Assembly (NCBI RefSeq): GCF_009914755.1 | Contig: NC_060937.1 | Direction: 5' to 3' (one strand) | DNA length: 64,000 nt | DNA from: the human T2T-CHM13v2.0 reference genome, Homo sapiens | Part shown: positions 58,875-64,000 of the stretch, in pieces | How the letters are laid out: each line of letters starts with the position of its first letter | Position numbering within the stretch: the first letter of the stretch is position 1 | Translations under genes and position numbers: made by a program | The notes under the pieces: model-generated | Told to the model about the DNA's origin: nothing | What the model saw: only the letters and a program-made list of their open reading frames with translations | The model's database searches: none

Positions 58875-59071
58875 CAGGTTGCGTATCCCTTATCCATGAA
58901 ATGCTTTAGGTTTTGAATATTTGCATTGTACTTACTGGTTGTGCATCCTTCATGTGAAAATCTGAAATGTTCCAATGAGCATTTCCTCTGAGTGCCATGT
59001 CAGTGTTTAAAAAACATTAGATTTTGGAGCATTTCAAATTCTGAATTTTTGGATTTGGGATGCTCAATCTG
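58875..59071. mobile_element. Tigger4a/MER46A MITE
   Basis: TA-caggttgcgtatcccttatcc ... ggatgctcaatctg-TA. Confidence 0.85.
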
Positions 59072-60225
59072 TACTAATGAAAGCAGAGGACTGAATAAAA
59101 GATAAATAACAAAGATTTCAGAATTTTAATCTTAGAAAATAAAGAGGTCAGAAAAGTAGCGGGTGGGGAGGGTGGGAATATGTACCTGTGCCTCCATGTG
59201 TTAAAAAAGGTATCTCTGAAGTTTATGTTCAGGTAAGATTTTTCAAAATGTAAGGAGAGGGAAGCAGGAAAGTAATCCAAGGAGTGTACTACAGAAAACC
59301 ATGGCTGTAGATTAAAGAACAGCCAAGACCTAAGGGAAGAAAGTTCTACTTCTGTGCTGTGTTGTTTGGCCCTAACCATAATCCACAATAGTGAGGATGA
59401 AAAAAGCCTAAAGCAGGGACCCTGTATTCGCCCTGTGGCAAATGAGTTGGAGGTAAGAGCAAGAAAATTGAAGATACATAAATTATTTTCTCAGTATGTT
59501 TTGGCAAGGTAAACCACAGTGTTTATCCCAGTTGGAGGCAAAAAAGTAGTTAACTCTAGTAAGTTTGGTTTTGTGCCCACAGAACTTCAAAATTGACCAA
59601 TCTGAGTCTAGAATTCTCATGAACACTGTGATCAGCTTAGTCAATAACTGTCTCCTCACCAACTAATGAGAGCCCCAACTCAGAGAGGACTGCTAAGCTG
59701 ACAGGGACAACTCTGGGGCCATCTTAGCCATCATATGGAGAAAACCTTTCTGAGACTGAAATTAATACAGAGGGAAACTGGAGAGATGGAAACTGCTAAT
59801 GCTTTGTTTGAGAATCTGGATATAGCCACATCAGAACAAGCAAAAGCTAATCTCCAACTTCCTAGATATTTGAGCAATAAGTTCTTTTCTGGTTAAAAGG
59901 GGGTGAGGTGGGAGAATGCCCTTAGGTATATCAGATGCCAAGAACACATTTTTTGACCCCAAAGAACTACTCCACAGCACAAGAGAAGACACTTCCTTTT
60001 CTCTCATCTTCGAACCATGCAGTGATTACAAGGATTCCCTCAGTTCCAAGACATTGTGAATGCTTCCTGTAGCCTGGGGGTAGTGACTCCATAATTACAA
60101 GCACATAAAAGTCATGAAGGATCATCAGAATGGCACAGGTGATATCCCTTGGTGACTAGTCTAGGGGATGTGATGGGATACAAGTTCACTGATTCCTGTC
60201 TTAATTTAAAAATTATTTTTTCTAG

Positions 60226-60500
<275 letters not shown>

Positions 60501-60666
60501 TAAAAAAACTTTAAACACCGATACATATACTAAATTTGAAAAACAGGAAAATATACAGAGAAAAAAAATTAACAGGAAATTAAGAGTATATTGAAAAGCA
60601 TTAAATGAAACTTTGAATTCTTTCCTGAAATGTAAAATGTTATTAATAACTGATAATTATTCTTAC

Positions 60667-61222
60667 TTTGATTTTCTTTCATCATGTCCATCTCTTGGAT
60701 TCCTATCTTCTCGGATCTCTTCTCGCTTTTCTCTGCGGTCATCTCGTCCTTTGTCTTTGTCTTCCCAATCCCTTTGGCGTTCTCGTTCTTTATCCCTTTC
60801 TCTCGCTCTTTCTCGTTCCCGTTCTCGCTCTCGCTCTCTCTCCCGTTCTCGCTCTCTCTCCCTCTCTCTCTCTTCTCTTTCTCGTTCCCGTTCTTTTTCC
60901 CTGTCTCGTTCCCTCTCTCTTTCCCGCTCTCGATCGTGGTCTCGGTCTCTATCCCTTTCACGATCTCTCTCTTTTTCTCTTTCTCTCTCCCGTTCCCTAG
61001 CACGCTCTCTTTCTAGTTCTCTCTCTTTTTCTCTTTCCCGATCCCGTTCACGTTCCCTCTCTCTCTCCCGCTCCCTGTCTCGTTCTCGTTCCCGATCTCT
61101 CTCTCTAGCCCTTTCATCTCTCCTATCATCCACTCTGTCTACTCTTCGTTCCTCTCTTCTTTCATCACGCTCAAGCTCGTCATTCCTTCCCTGATGTCGA
61201 ATTGGTGAGCTTGGTCTTTGAT
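60667..61222 (-). CDS. ZC3H13: ZC3H13 internal coding exon (556 bp), RE/RD mixed-charge repeat region; upstream exons lie beyond the window end
   Basis: Acceptor cattgtAG|AT (phase 1) and donor TCA AA|GTAAGA (phase 2). Translation DQRPSSPIRHQGRNDELERDERREERR...DGHDERKSK joins the next exon in frame. Confidence 0.95.
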
Positions 61223-62939
61223 CTACAATGAAAATCAAGTTTTGTCAGTGATTAATTTGACAGATAACCTATTGGTAAGACAGCATGGTAAATCTTAAAT
61301 TTTATCTGTGTATAGGGTCACACTGGCAACAAATTACAAACCAAGTAGCATATTTAATTTTAACTTAATATCCAAGTAACAATCGCCCCTAGACCTTAAA
61401 TTTTTTAAAGATAATTTTTATTTGCCCTCTAACGACCATGTTTCCTGCTCCCCGTCAACCCCCTTCCCCCCTCCCACTGATCAATCTTTGATCTTTCTCT
61501 GCATGCTCCCTACCCTACCTCCAGCCCACTGCTCCAACCCCACTTTCTGCCATCTCTACCCTTCACCTCTGATCTTCTCTGTCCCCCCAGCAGGACCTGA
61601 GAACACTGGTGGCAAAGGATAGGGGCAGCAGGAGGTGTAGAACATAGGAGCTGAAGGAAAAAAAAAATTTCCCTCGTAAGTCACACCTCTAATTTCAGGC
61701 CAAAATATATACACATCAAAGTGCAGCTATTATGTGAGGAAAATATAGTAGAACAAAACATATGTCAGAATTTGTTGCTGCAATATAACATGAACTGTAA
61801 TATTAAGGGTACTGATGTCTAGCAATCTTGAAATAAATGTAAAAAGTGTTTCATATTAGTGATATATATTTGTAATTAATAACCAATTACTAATAAATTA
61901 GCTTTAATTACATAAATGATTACTCAGATGAAGAGCTGTTTTCTTAAAATGTTAACTGATAACCTCATCACATTTTATATAAATTTTTTCCATGTACACA
62001 CAAATCACATAAACACAGAGTAAATGAATGCATGCTGCCCAAATACCCAGTTGAGCAGAAAATTAGTCTGGGATAAAAAAACGTTTAAGAGGATGGCATG
62101 AACTTTTTCAAAGAGACAGCCATTTTTGAAAGCAACTACTGCGGTCTGATCTAGGATACTGTGATGTTTCCATTTACATACTATATATCTACTGGTTTTT
62201 GATAAAGATCATATTATAATCAGGCCAACAGGTTGGTAAGTGGAACATCTAACATCAACTCATTAAGCAGAACAATTTTAGGATGTTTCTAGGAAGGGTT
62301 CAATACAGTATTCTGGATTTCCCTTCCTAATCACTGATTGAAAAGACAAGAATTATCTTATCTTTACTATTTTAGAGGTTATAGACCCAGATACAAATGA
62401 TCATAGCATTTTAAAGCTGAATCAAAATGAAATCCTACACAGTTGCTTCTCCCCCTTTCTATTTAAAAACAGAAATTATGGTCCAGAGTTGTCTTCCCAA
62501 TGTCACAGAGATGGTAGATGCATTAGAAGTCAGTTTTCTTAAACCCTTTCACTTTTGCTGAAACCAACTTAAAGTGGTTCTTCTGTACCATACTTTGGAT
62601 TCCTAGAATGCTATCTACCCATCTTTTGTATTGTCTGAATTCCTGGTTTGGAGGAGTCATACCAACATCATAATCATTACAAGATAACCTGAAACAAATT
62701 CAATACCATTAACTTATAGCAAATCATACTTTAAATTTCTAATTACAGCAATATCAGCAAATAGACTATTCAGACATGCTTTTATGGGAGATGTATTTTC
62801 CCAACCAAAATATCAATGCTACTTTCTTCAAAGGAAAATGGAAAGAATATAAGAACATCACTTTAAAATGTCTAAATTATCTTCCCCTATCTTTCCCCCA
62901 AAATGTGTTATTCAAAGATGTGCTTCTACTTACATATTT

Positions 62940-64000
62940 CCTTATTTTAATAAATGACATACCAATTCATTAAAGCTGACAATCTCTGGGTTGTCTAAGC
63001 CTCATCATATCCAAGTACAATCAACTTCACTTCTAAAATATTTCTTTGTTCCTTTTCCTGTCCCCATAGCTATAGTTATTAACTCAGACCTTGATCAGGT
63101 CTTCTTAGATGCCTATGTCATCAACAGTCTAACTAATTGGTATCCTTGTTTTCAATCTTTCCCAACACCCTTAATATGTTTTTGATGAAAATTATTTCTT
63201 CCAACTGTTTAAAAGTAGTTATCTTGTAGGCAGTGAAAGGCAATTAAAATCAAATTTTTTAGCCTGACTAGGCTAAACTTAGGTCATTTACTACCTGGCC
63301 TATAGTCTTTCATCAGTCCTTTTCCCTGGTTTCTTTTCTACCTTGCCAATTATAGCATACTCTGACTCCAATCTCATAATTCCTTACTACTCCAAAGCAC
63401 ATGTTTCTTTCAGTTCTGGTGTCTGTACATGCTGCACCCTCTCCCTGTAAAGTGCTCCTTCTATAGTTTCCTTTTATTCTTCAGGCCCTAATTCAGATGT
63501 CACTTCTTTAGGCAGCTTTCTTGGAATTGCTCAGAATTGTGTTTGCTCCTTTGTCTTCTCACAGAACTTTTATATACAGTAGTAGCATTTTATCACACTT
63601 TGTTTTTTTGGGTGGGGAGTTCTTCCCTCTCCCCATTAAATTCTACAAGGACAAGAAATTATTGTACCTCAAGTGCCTAGCAAAGTGCCTGACATGGGTA
63701 CTCAACAAATATTTGTAAAATATTCATTAGCCTCCAAAATATATTTTTATTTCAATCATACATCTCATAATTATTGAAGTAGTTACAGTAAAATTAAAAT
63801 AGAGAACTGAACTTCTGGTCAGAAGACCTGAGTTTGAATTCCAGCTCTGGAACCTACTTCTCTATAATATTGTAATCTTACTACTCTTAGATCTAATCCC
63901 CAAAACTGTGAAAACATGAATTATTTTATCATACCTACACTTACAAGGATATTGTAAAGACTAAGTCAGAATATATGTAAAGCAACTATCAAAGTTCTTG
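62940..64000 (+). mobile_element. L2 3' fragment (about 62940-63725) followed by a MIR (about 63790-64000)
   Basis: L2 end gtgcctagcaaagtgcctgacatgggtactcaacaaatatttg; MIR gtcagaagacctgagtttgaattccagctctg. Confidence 0.7.

Noticed and set aside
60569-61194. 193-aa RS/LS-repeat ORF on the plus strand and other overlapping frames
   Set aside because: Antisense and off-frame shadows of the RE-repeat exon; pyrimidine-rich sequence lacks stop codons by composition.

Overview
Hominoid (most likely human) genomic DNA with no prokaryotic-type features. The right ~24 kb holds the 3' part of ZC3H13, an m6A writer-complex (MACOM) subunit, on the minus strand. I traced eight coding exons by hand with [10 protein letters not shown] GT-AG phases (61222-60667, 55849-55746, 55355-54132, 53412-52888, 50816/50813-50664, 49426-49226, 45030-44867, 42679-42509), followed by a ~2.7 kb 3'UTR. 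The left ~39 kb has no supportable protein-coding gene. It is repeat-rich intergenic DNA (recalled to be the SIAH3-ZC3H13 interval on 13q14), with a near full-length decayed Tigger4/Zombi DNA transposon, many Alu, MIR, L1, L2, MER and MaLR/ERV LTR relics, and two or three repeat-free enhancer-like blocks. I see no new multi-gene system. The most interesting signals are stacked RNA-processing switches in ZC3H13: an AATAAA overlapping a 5' splice site, a candidate poison exon, intronic-poly(A) isoforms that remove the C-terminus, and a NAGNAG acceptor. Also notable are SPOC-ligand-like motifs in the protein, a dispersed 44-bp duplicated motif, and two templated or palindromic insertions inside old repeats. 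Repeat family names come from recalled consensus sequences and their boundaries are approximate.
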